This document shows, piece after piece, positions 35,022-45,858 of a DNA stretch of 45,858 nucleotides. Below the pieces are notes generated by a model. That model saw nothing but the letters and a program-made list of their open reading frames with translations, ran no database searches and was not told where the DNA came from. Positions within the stretch are counted from its first letter, which is position 1, and every line of letters begins with the position of its first letter. This DNA is from Chiloscyllium plagiosum (taxonomy: Eukaryota). Location: contig NC_057754.1 of the NCBI RefSeq assembly GCF_004010195.1, positions 4,120,916 to 4,166,773 of the forward strand, in the 5' to 3' direction. The position numbers and the translations under genes were made by a program.

Positions 35022-35292
35022 TACAGAACTTGAGTATTACTGAAAAATATTTTATTGAAGTTTTTGTGTGGTGCTGATCAGGACAATTTGCAAGAATACA
35101 AGTTAACAGGGAAAACCAATATTTGAACTCTAACACTGGAGAGTCCTAATGGTTGTCAAGTCAATTCTGGTTGGTAGAGGTGTTCACATGGAGGTTACAT
35201 GTTTTCCCTTAAATTGGTATTCTTACAAATTATCCTGATGCATGAAAGATGAAAAGCTCTGACAAAGGAGTCGTTTATCAGCAGCACTCAGT
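35022..35292. repeat. Old inverted-repeat element with ~90-bp imperfect arms
   Basis: tcaggacaatttgcaagaatacaagttaacagggaaaac pairs with gttttcccttaaattggtattcttacaaattatcctga. Confidence 0.7.
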
Positions 35293-36539
35293 ATCAATGG
35301 GATAATGCTTTAAAAATTAGTGGCAAACACTCCCAGCTCCACTGATCATGTGACCTGCATCAGGCTCAGCTGAAATACTGCCCTTACAGTTGAATAAGTC
35401 TAGCAGTATTCATTAGTTTAGAGGCTCTTGTCTTCTTGTACTGGAGGAGTGAAGGGTAGCTATGGAAACTCAAAGATAAAAAGTGGATGGAAATTTGATG
35501 GTGAGGAGATGTTTAAGGCCCCTCCTACAATCCATCCAATGGGCCACACAGATTATTTAAGTAAATAGTCTGGGTTATTTTCTCTGGAAAAGGGAAGGTT
35601 GAACAACCTAAAAGAGGATTATAAAGTCATGAAAACATTAGTGAAGATGGATGTGGTACAGTTGTTTCTGTTTGTGCAGAAGTCCAAAACTAAGGGTAAT
35701 GAATGTAAAATAGTCACCACTAATCCCAATTTGAATTTAACAGAATTTGATTTTGTGTCCATCGACCTTCCATTGCCTCATATTCCTTAATACCTTCAAT
35801 TAACAAAAACTGGCCACCTTCAGATTTAAACATCGAGCATCAATTACCACTGGCAGTAGCGTGTTCCAAACATTTACCACGCTTTGTGTGAATAAATGTT
35901 TTCTGATTTCACTCCTGAAAGATCAAGCTCTGATTTTTATACCATGCCTCCTAGTCCAAGATTCTCTAACTAATAGAAATAGTCTCTCTCTATTGATCCA
36001 TCTCTTCCCAATATTATGTTGAAACTTTCCATCTTACAATCTGAATTTTCAGGAATAGACTGTAGTTTGTGGATTTTTTCCCTCTTGCCAATGAAGGGTG
36101 AGTGGAATCTCATATGGAGCATAATCACCAGCATTCATCAGTCAGGCTGAATGGCCTGTTTCTTTGCTGTAGATTATATCCATCCAAAAATGAGTTAACA
36201 CAATTCTTGCTCCAAGCCTTCTCATTAAAGTCCAGGATTTCCAGCAGGTGAACTGATTTTCCAACAAGTGTGACAGGCTGTGAGGCTCCCCCTGTAATGA
36301 GCAACTAGCAGTTTCATACTTAGGCTTCAAAATTGGCAGGAGGGACATATGAAGCCTGTACCACAGGGTGGCAGTGCCAATGAGGCAGCTTCTAGTCACT
36401 CTGTTGGCATCACCATTATTGTGAAACATTCAGAGACATTAAAGATGTCACCTGCTAACTGCCGGTGCCAAGTCTGTGTAAATCCCCCAGGCAAAGAACA
36501 CAGTGGGCAAAAGTTACTGCTGACTGGTATAGCATAGCC

Positions 36540-37112
36540 TGTGTGCATCCCAGTGTTAGCTCCTGTACATGTAAAGTACATATAACAGATAAACATAACA
36601 AATAAAAGTGAACAATTCACTCCTGCCCTGTATTGTATGGCTTATCTCTATGTCAGGTCCTGTGCATGTACAGTACAGGTCCTGTGCAGGTAAAAGGAAA
36701 TGATTCACTCCCATCTGGCACAAAATGGTCCTTGAGCATCTCAGTATCAGCTCCAATATATGTACAGTACACTCTAGAAAAAGCGAACAATGCACTCAGC
36801 CTTGTACGGTGTGTGTCTCAGTGTCAGCTCCTGTACATGTATAATATACACAGCAGGTAAATGGGAATGATTCACTCTGTCTAGTACTGCACAACACCTG
36901 TGTGTGCCACATACGTTAGAACAGGTGTCATGCACACAGCAGGTAAACGGGAATGATTCACTCCATTTATTACTGTACAGCATCTGAGTGTGCGAGATAT
37001 ATTAGATCAGGGTTAACACACATAGAAGATAAATGGATTGATTCACTCCAGCTAGTACTGTACAACACCTGAGTGTGCCAGCTACGTTATTACAGGCGTA
37101 GTAAACACAGCG
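36540..37112. repeat. Degenerate ~86-bp tandem repeat, about 6 units
   Basis: cagcaggtaaa.gggaatgattcactc at 36851 and 36937, with variants at 37023 and ~36685. Confidence 0.8.
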
Positions 37113-37574
37113 AACGAAAAGAAAAAAAATCGCTCCTAATTGATACTATATGGTCCATCTTTCATTACTCTATCCATTAATGATAAGGACTGAAATGTTT
37201 AACGCGATGAGGTGGGGTAGTGTTGGGAGAGATTAGTAGTACCTTGAAACATGAACTCTGATTGTTAGTTTCACTGGTTCATCGTTAACAGGGCGCGCAG
37301 AACATTTCACCGCAGCACTGCTGAGATCTGCTTCAGGAGATTTGCTAGTGGGACTGAAACAGAGAGATCAGAAAGCCCCGGGGCTCAAACTTCCCACTTC
37401 CTTTGCTCACATCACCGACTCCTGGAGCAACCTCAAACGTGATGCCTTACTTAGTTGAATTTCCACGTGTCACTGATTTCCAATCAGAGGCAAACAAACA
37501 ATCTGGTTACTTGGACTAGGAGAAAAGGGACAGTGGTAAAAGAACTGGGAACAAAAACATGTATTGAATGAAAA

Positions 37575-37860
37575 GAAGGAACTTGCGTTTATGTAATGCC
37601 TCTCACAATTTCAGGCTGCTCCGAAGCGCCTTACAGTCAATGAAGCATTTTTTTTTGGAAAATAACTCATTGTCATAATTTAAGAATTGAAGTAGGCAGA
37701 TTTTGCACACACAGATGGAAAAAACAGACAAATCACCTGGTTTGAAAATTTGAGGGATAAAAATTGGCCAGGATATTAGAGAGAACTCCACTATTCCATC
37801 TTCAAAATTATTGCCATAGCATATTTTATACACCATGGTGTGACTTGGCGGATGGTGCTT
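37575..37860 (-). mobile_element. Deu-domain SINE fragment
   Basis: cgaagcgccttacagtcaatgaagca, tgagggataaaaattggccagga; colinear with 28345-28600. Confidence 0.7.
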
Positions 37861-38879
37861 AATTCGCCTTTCACTTCACCTGTGAGCACATCTCTGACTT
37901 CCCTTCCGCCTTCTCAGTGTGAAAGCTATCACAGGAATCTATCGCAACGTGAATTAAATTAACAACATTGTAAAATCACAACATTAATTCGTTACTTTTG
38001 CTCATCTCTACCCTCCTTCCCTTCCCATTCCTCCTGCTCATTGCACTCGCCACTACCTCCACCCTCAGCTTCCCCTTCCTCTTCCGTCCAGTCCATTGCC
38101 CCCTGCGAGTTGTCACTCCAGAAACTCGGCCCATAATTAATTCGTAATTCTCGGAGCGAGAGAGAAAGCAGCCGAACAATGTGAGATGTCTAGGCACTTT
38201 TAATTTCTCGGCATTATCGAGGAGCTACTGAGCAACTGGTTGCTGTGTAACGGACACACATTCTCGGATCGTCAGTCTTTGTTGTTGGTTGTACAGGGCC
38301 ATCTGTCAGCTCGTCCTTACACCAGCCCCTCTCCCGCCTCCCATCCCAAACCCCAAGCTTCTCCCTGTTCCTGGCTGCATGGGGCTTCTTGCATCTTGCA
38401 GCTCCGCAGACACAAAAGCCACATGTTCCGAATTTTTGACATCAGCATAGATTAATTCTGAATTTTAAAAGCATAAATCCCCAGACGACGGCCTTTCTAA
38501 TCCTGCCGCCGGTTGGAGTGTTTCGCTTCTGCTGCTGAACCTCAGCGTTTGCATTCTGTTCCAAGCACTCCACACACACTCACACGCTTAAACATTTTCA
38601 CATATGCACCTCTAACACCCCGAAATGCAGACACACTTTCATCTCACACACATAGACACAAAATCACACACATTCACTGCCACACACCCTCCCACTTAAT
38701 CTTACGCAATCTTGCTCATCCCGAAACACTCCCACACGCGCACTCTCACATTTTATCAGCATACTCTGCTTCACACTTGCACATACATTGTCCCGTGCAC
38801 TCTCATTCACTTTATTTCACATTATCCCACACAGTATTTTCACACAAATACACGCTCCCAATCTCTCACTCAACATTAA

Positions 38880-40200
38880 TAAAGAAATGGTGAATGAAAT
38901 ATATTGCTTCGGTCTTCACTATAGACAATAAAAGTCATGGGTGTAAACCAGGAGACAGAGGGGAGACAACAACTTAACAAAATTACAATAATGAGGGAAG
39001 CGGTACTAAGCAAACTGATGGAACTGCAAGCTGACCAGCCCCTGGATCCAAGATCTTAAAAGAGGTTGCCAACAATATAGAAAATGTACTGTTGTTAATT
39101 TTGCATAATTCTCTTAGATTCAGTAAAGGTTTCATTGGATTGGAAAGTAGCAAATATGATCCCTCTATTCAAGAAGGGATGGAAACAAAAAGCAGGAAAC
39201 TACAAATTGGTTAGCTTGATGTCTGCCTGGGGAAAGGTATTAGAATCAGTCATTAAAAAGATTATAGTTGCACACTTAGAAAACTCAAGGCCATCAGGAA
39301 GAGTCAACACAGTTTGTCAATGAGAAATCATGTTTAACCAATTTGTTGGAATTCTTTGAAGGAGTAATATGTGCTGTGGATAAGGGAGGGGGAGGGTGTA
39401 GATGTATGTCATTTGATTTCCAGAAGACATTTGATTAGATGCCACATCAAAGGTAATTGTAGAAAATACAGGCTCACTTTGTAAGGGATATTATATTGAC
39501 CTGATTAGGTCAGTGGCAGAAAACAGAGTGCGTCCATAATTGAGTCCTAGCCTGATTGGAAGGATTCTGGGATTTGCATGATTCAGGGTGGCACAGTAGC
39601 TCAGTGGTTAGCACTGCTGCCTCACAGCACCAGTGACCTGCGTACATTTCCACCCTTGGGTGACTGGCTGTGTAGTTTGCCTCCCTGTGTCCATGGGGGT
39701 TTCCTCTAGGTGCTCCAGTTTCATCCTACAGGCAAGGTGGATTGTGTAAATTAGGTAGATTGGCTGGGGGTGGGGGGTTGTAGGAATGGGGTGGGGGGTT
39801 GTAGGAATAGGGTGGGGGGGTGGGTCTGGGGGGACACTCTTCAGAGAATTGGTGTGGACTTGTTGGCTGAACGTCCTATCCCCACACTGTAGGGATTCTA
39901 TGATGAATGGAGTCCCAATTGTGCTGGGCCTCAGCATTTCACAATTTACATCAATAACTTTGACAAGGGAGTGGAGGCATGGTAGTTCAATTCACAGCCA
40001 ACACCAGGAAGGGTAGGAAAGTGTTTTGTCAAGATATAAGGAAGTTTCAGAAGACATAGATAGTCTGAGTCTGTCAGATGGAGTATAATGTGAAAAAATG
40101 GAAGTTGTTCATTTTTGCAGGAAGAATAAAAATGCATGACTTGAATGTATTATTTACATGGAGAATGACTACAGAATTCCAATGTGCATAGGGATTTTGG
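38880..40200 (+). mobile_element. Decayed CR1 ORF2 RT fragment interrupted by an HE1 SINE
   Basis: DWKVANMIPLFKKGWKQKAGNYKLVSLMS..GKVLES; KSCLTNLLEFFE; DFQKTFD. Confidence 0.85.
39587..39903 (+). mobile_element. HE1-like V-SINE, near full length, with an expanded G-rich segment
   Basis: ggtggcacagtagctcagtggttagcactgctgcctcacagc head; tail ccacactgtagggattctatga. Confidence 0.85.
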
Positions 40201-40346
40201 CAGCTTGGCAGCTTTGAAAAGTGCTTGACTCTCAAACTTTATTATTCGTGGGTCACCACAAAACTTAAAGTACTCAAAGTCCTCAGTTTACCAGCCTGAT
40301 GGAATCAGGTCAGCAGGAAACACTGACTAGGTTCCTGTACTCAATA

Positions 40347-40519
40347 AGGTAAAAACAATGACTGCAGATGCTGGAAACCAGATTCTGGATCAGTGGTGCT
40401 GGAAGAGCACAGCAATTCAGGCAGCATCCGACGAGCAGCAAAATTGACGTTTTGGGCAAAAGCTCGCTGTCGGATGCTGCCTGGATTGCTGTGCTCTTCC
40501 AGCACCACAGATCCAGAAT
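40347..40519. mobile_element. Inverted-repeat Penelope-terminus element with a 12-14 bp flanking direct repeat
   Basis: Arms ~40381-40439 and ~40462-40520; (TC)CTGTACTCAATA at 40333-40346 and 40519-40532. Confidence 0.8.
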
Positions 40520-41100
40520 CCTGTACTCAATACTCTGACCAATAAAGTAAAACACACTGAATGCTTTCTTCACTATCCTATCTACCTGTGACTCCACTTT
40601 CAAGGAGCTATGAACCTGCACTCCAAGGTCTCTTTATTCAGCATCACTTTGTTCAACAAGAAGTCCTGCTAAGATTTGTTTTCCCAAAATGCAGCACCTC
40701 GCATCAAATGCTTTGTACAATTTTGGTCTCCTTATTTAGAGAAGGATGTAAATGAATGGAGGTTGTTCAGAGGAGGTTTCCCAGATTTATCCCCAGAATG
40801 AGTGGGTTGTCTTATGATGAAAGGTTGAACAGACTGGGCTTGATTTCTTTGGAGATGAGAAGAGTTTGGAGTATCTTGACTGAAGTTTTTATGCTCCTGA
40901 ATGGTCTCAACAAGGTTGACATGGAAAGGTTATTTAACTTTGGAATTCTCTGTCTTAGAAGTGTGTGTGGGTAGATCACTGAATGTTTTTAAAATATAGG
41001 TAGATAGATTTCTATTAGGCAAGGGAATCTGAGTTATTGGGGAGATGGGAACCTAAGATTTGAAACACAAGCATTTCACCATGATCTTATTGAATGGCCG
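40520..41100. mobile_element. CR1 fragments: minus strand 40520-40700, plus-strand 3' end 40705-41100
   Basis: QVHSSLKVESQVDRIVKKAF..IEYR (-); EVVQRRFPRFIPRMSGLSYDERLNRLGL (+). Confidence 0.8.
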
Positions 41101-41479
41101 AGTGATTTACACTTACACACACACACACAAATATACATTCATACCCAAACACACTTTTATTCATATCCAAACACACTCTCATTCATGCTTTCATTCACAC
41201 TTAAATCCATAATCTTGCAGACTCATACAAATTCACCCTACAAATACTTTCTCACACATACTTATTCCCACACACATACACACACTTGTACTTGCATCCA
41301 GACTCATGCACATGCACACTCACTGTCACATGCATCCACTCATTTTCTTGAGGGCTATTTGTACTCTGTTCGCAATCTGGCGCTCTGCTGTGTTGTGATT
41401 AAGATATTGTGATGGATTGGTTTTCTCATCTCCTCATCCCTGTCCGGTGAAAACAGCATGAAGTTAACAGTATTTTATA

Positions 41480-41705
41480 CTCCCATATCTCTCTGTCTCA
41501 CCATTATTGCTTAGCTGTGCCTACAGCTGCCTGAATCCCAAGCTTTGCAGTTCCCCCTTTCAACCTCTCCTGTCTCTCACACCTTTTAAGGCTTTGCTTG
41601 AAACTGACTTCATTTATCTGCCTTTATATTTTATGTAGTGGTTGTTTTTGGCTCTGTGAAGCAGCTTTGAGATGGTTTACTCAGCTAAAGGCATATTATA
41701 AGTTG
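41480..41705 (+). mobile_element. Degenerate L2-like 3' end
   Basis: gcctacagctgcctg..ccttttaaggctttgcttgaaac..ctgtgaagcagctttgaga..aaaggc tail. Confidence 0.45.
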
Positions 41706-41711
41706 ATACTT

Positions 41712-42270
41712 TTTAAATTTGTTCACAGGATGTAGGCACCACTGCCAAGGCTGTATTTATTAGCCATTCTAAATGTTGATAGGGCAATTAAGAGTCAATC
41801 ATATTGTTGTGGGTCAGGAGTTACATATAGCCCTACTATGTAAAAATGTGGACTTCTTTCTCTGGAAGGTCATTAGTGAACCAGATAAGGTGGTCAGATA
41901 GGTCAGTTAGTTGGATTTGCGATACAGATGCCAAAAGCATAGATCCCACTGAGGTTGCCATGAAAGATTTTCCTTCTCACCAATTCCCTTAACAGAGGCA
42001 TGGTGACCCTCAGGTTAAACCACCACCAATCCTCTCTCTCTCTCCGGATTGAGAGTGCAGCCCTATGGTCTGGTAAGATTATGGCAACTTTACCTTTAGT
42101 GAACCTGTTGGATTTTTATGACAATCAGCAGTGTTATATGGTTGCTATTAGCCCAGACCTTTTCAATTCCAGATTTTTATTAAAGTCAAATTCCCTCAAC
42201 TGCCACAAGGGATTCGAACCCAGAACACATCTCCATAACATTAGGCCGAGGGTTACTGGTCCTGTTGTAC
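41712..42270 (-). mobile_element. tRNA-headed SINE with a CR1-like tail, hosting a nested SINE
   Basis: B-box gggttcgaatcc on - at ~42210-42221; tail similar to 29650-29700. Confidence 0.6.
41883..42095 (+). mobile_element. Nested SINE (same family as 14322-14545) with a 10-bp target-site duplication
   Basis: TTAGTGAACC at 41873-41882 and 42096-42105. Confidence 0.72.
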
Positions 42271-43139
42271 AGCAGGCATCTGGATAGATTGCTGTTGGGG
42301 TGAAGCAGAATGCAACTGGAGGACAGATCTCCATTCGAATGGACTGATGGTGACCGAGGGGTTGATTCTGAAGCCTGGAGCAACATTTGCCATCCTGGGA
42401 CGACAGAATCCAGGTTGGGAGGGGGAGAAGTTTCAACCTGGAAAAGGGGGTCACGCAGTCGGCACATCAAACCCATAATGAAATATGGTTAATAATGGAC
42501 ACATGCTCCTGACTGGCTGGTGAAAAGTCGAGAACGATGCTGACAAGAGCGAGTGTCGAACAGTTTCACTAAACTTCTAAACAGCAGTGACAGTGGGAAC
42601 TGCAAATGCTCACCTGAAAGACAGGCCTGGATTTAACATTTCATCTAGTGTGGCAGTGATAACCTCAGATTGGTCTCCGGACTCCGGTTCTCTCACAGTG
42701 GAGCTCAAACTATCAAGCTCCTGACCGAGAGGTGGATCGGAGCTCCGGCTGCCAGAGGTGATGGAAATAGGTAAAGGATTCTTGGTATAACAGAGACCAT
42801 ACACGGGAAGTCGACAGAAGCTGGGGGAGTTTGGGACCAATTGAGTTATAAATGCCTCTGGTTTTAACGGTCGCCTTTGACATGTGGAGAGCTGCTTCGG
42901 CGACATTCAACGGTTTCATCACTCCTGGGACCAGGTTTCAGAACCAGCCCAGCAGATGGCTAGTTACGTTATCACACAGACGGGAAGGGTCACATCCCAG
43001 TGGACAAAAGCTCACTGCTCTCACCCGAGCTTCAAATCATCCACTCTGCATTCGCATTCACTGAAGGCCCTTATTACTGAAGGCAGAGAATGATCACAAT
43101 GTTCATTGTAACACTAAGGTCTGCACTCCCCCTCACTGT

Positions 43140-45668
43140 AGAGCGTACAAATATAAAAATCCCAACCCTAAAATACTGATGTATTTCCTCACTGTAACAT
43201 TGATATACATACGTCACACCCTCACACTGATATACACATTCTCATTGTAATACTGACATACACACCCTGCACCCTCACTGCAACACTGATATACACACCC
43301 CGCATCCTCATTCTAATACTGACATACACACCCTTCAACCTCACTGTAACACTGAAATATATACCCCACACCCTCACACTAATATACACAACCCACACAT
43401 GCACTTGTAGCACTGACGTACACACCCCACACCTTCACAGTAACACTGACATACACACCCTGCATCCTCACTGCAACAATGACATACATATAGCACATCC
43501 TTACACTGATATACACAGCCCATACCCTTATTGTAACACTGATATACACACCCTGCACCATCATACTAACATTCACACCCTGCACAGTAACACTGACATA
43601 CACACCACGTATCCTCACATTGACATACACACCCCGCATCCTCACACTGACATACACACCCCACATCCTCACAGTAACACTGACATACACATCCTGCACC
43701 CTCACATTGACATACACATCGCGCATCCTTACACTGACATATAGACTCAGCATCCTCACACTGACAGACACATAGTGCATCCTCACAGTAACAATGACAT
43801 ACACATCCTGCACCCTCACGGTAACACTGATATACCCACCCCGCACTCTCACACTGATCTCCAAACCCCACACCCTCACACTGATAAACACACTCCACAC
43901 CCTCACTGTAACACTGATATACACACCACAAACCCTCACTGTAACCGTGATATACACGTCCCATATCCTGACATGGATATATACACCCCACACCCTCATT
44001 GTAACACCGACATACACCTACTGCACCATTACGCTAATATACACACCCCTCACCCTCACTGTAACATTGATATACATATCCTGTACCGTCACACTGACAT
44101 ACACACCTCACACTCTTGCTGTAACTCTGATGTACACACTCCACACCCTCACACTAATATACACAGCCCACATCCTCACTGTAACACTGACATAAACACC
44201 CCACATGTTCACTGTAATGCTGATATACACAACCCACACACCGACTCTAGCACTGATATACACACCCCACACCCTCACTGTAACACCAATATACACACCC
44301 TCACTGTAACACCAATATACACAACCCCTCATTGTAACACTGATTCACACACCCCACATCCCTCACTGCAATATTGATATACACACCTCACATCCTCACA
44401 GTAACACTGATATACATACCCATACCCTTACTGGAACACTGATATACACAGCCCACACACTCACTGTACACACCCCACTTCCCTCATTGGAACACTGATA
44501 TGCAAAACCCACACCCTCACTGTAACACTGATTTACACACGCTCACTGTAACACTGATATATACAACCTCACAGTAACACTAATGTGCACACCCCACACC
44601 CTTACTGCAACACTGATATACACAGCCCACAAACTCACAGTAACACTGATATACACACAACACACCCTAACTGCAATACTGATATACACAACCCACATCC
44701 TCACTGTAACCGCTGATATACACACCCCACACCCTCACACTTGACATACACACCCTGCACTCTCTCATCGTAATACTGATATACACACTCCATACCCTCA
44801 CTGTAATACTGGTATCCACACCACAGACCCTCGCACTGATATAGATACCCCACACCCTCACTGTAACATTGATGTAAACACCTCACACCCTTACTGTAAT
44901 ACTAATATCCATACCCCATTCCCTCACAGTAACACATAACATACTCCACACCCTCACACTGACATACACCACCATGCACCCAAACACTGACATACACATT
45001 TGGTTATCTCACTGTAACACTGATATTCAGACTGTACACCCTCATACCAACATGCACAGCCTACACCCTCACACTGAAATACACACCCCACACCCTTACA
45101 CTGACATACACACCCCACATTCTCACTGTAACAATGATGTACACACCCCATACCCTCACTGTACCACTGATATACACACCTCACTCCCTCACTGTAACAA
45201 TAATATACACATCCTCACTGTAACACTGATATACACACCTCAAACCCTTCATCCTCATGGTAACACTGATATACCCACCCTGCACCCTCACACTGATATA
45301 CACACCCCACAGCCTCACTATAACACTGATATACACATCTCAGAGCCCACACCATCACAGTAATGCTGATATACACACCTCGCACTCTCACACTGATATA
45401 TACACCCCACACCCTCACACTGACATACACATCCCACACTCTCACACTAACGCTGATACACACACCCCACACCCTTACACTGACATACACACCACACACT
45501 CTCACACTGACATACACATCCCACACCCTCACACTGACATACACACCCCACACCCTTAAGGTGACATAAACACCCAACACCCTCACACTGATTACACACC
45601 ACGCACTCTCACTGTAACACTGATAAGCACACTCCACTTCCTCACTGTAACACTGATATGCACATCAC
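43140..45668. repeat. CA-rich minisatellite with mixed 33-bp (cctcactgtaacactgatatacacaccccacac) and 27-bp (cctcacactgacatacacaccccacac) units
   Basis: Continuous degenerate tandem units. Confidence 0.93.
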
Positions 45669-45670
45669 AC

Positions 45671-45858
45671 AGCTGAAAATGTGTTGCTGGAAAAGCGCAG
45701 CAGGTCAGGCAGCATCCAAGTGCAGGAGAATCGACGCTTCGGGCATGAGCCCTTCTTCAGGAAGGGCTCATGCCCGGAACGTCGATTCTCCTACTCCTTG
45801 GATGCTGCCTGACCTGCTGCGCTTTTCCAGCAACACATTTTCAGCTCTGTTCTCCAGC
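45671..45858. mobile_element. Near-perfect 176-bp palindrome (45671-45846) formed from Penelope-type termini; element runs off the window
   Basis: 85/86-bp arms around a TTCAG spacer; outer 50 bp perfect; minus strand reads CTGAAGA-A-GGGC-TCAT-GCCC-GAAGCGTC. Confidence 0.85.

Noticed and set aside
39587..39660. tRNA gene
   Set aside because: It is the tRNA-derived head of an HE1 SINE with a damaged B box; the same applies to the other SINE heads
43222..45637. His/Thr-rich and CVCQC-rich (metallothionein-like) ORFs
   Set aside because: Produced by 33/27-bp units, both multiples of 3; frequent stops and frameshifts
43140..45668. Common origin of the two minisatellites (both 33 bp, both contain CCTCACTGT)
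   Set aside because: Similarity is limited to 9 bp; the remainder does not align convincingly in either orientation

Overview
This is eukaryotic genomic DNA, almost certainly from a cartilaginous fish, judged from HE1-like V-SINEs, Deu-domain (SacSINE1-like) SINEs and abundant CR1 LINEs. The only credible host gene is an intronless INSM-family SNAG/zinc-finger gene (31843-32982, +). It keeps only three of the usual five fingers but retains the conserved C-terminal ENRQV tail. The gene lies between two large minisatellites. The first is a >14 kb array of 33-bp units (1-~14225) that appears to have grown out of an internal segment of a Deu-SINE. The second is a 2.5 kb CA-rich array of 33/27-bp units (~43140-45668). 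The window also holds a Penelope-like retroelement RT fragment and several short inverted-repeat elements from Penelope-type termini that carry degenerate minimal hammerhead ribozyme cores. Candidate regulatory sites include an exact Ascl1/Brn-type octamer+E-box motif and CTCF-like motifs at the satellite borders. Nearly all other listed ORFs are artefacts of repeats whose unit length is a multiple of 3. Repeat family names come from recognition, not database search, and most repeat boundaries are approximate.
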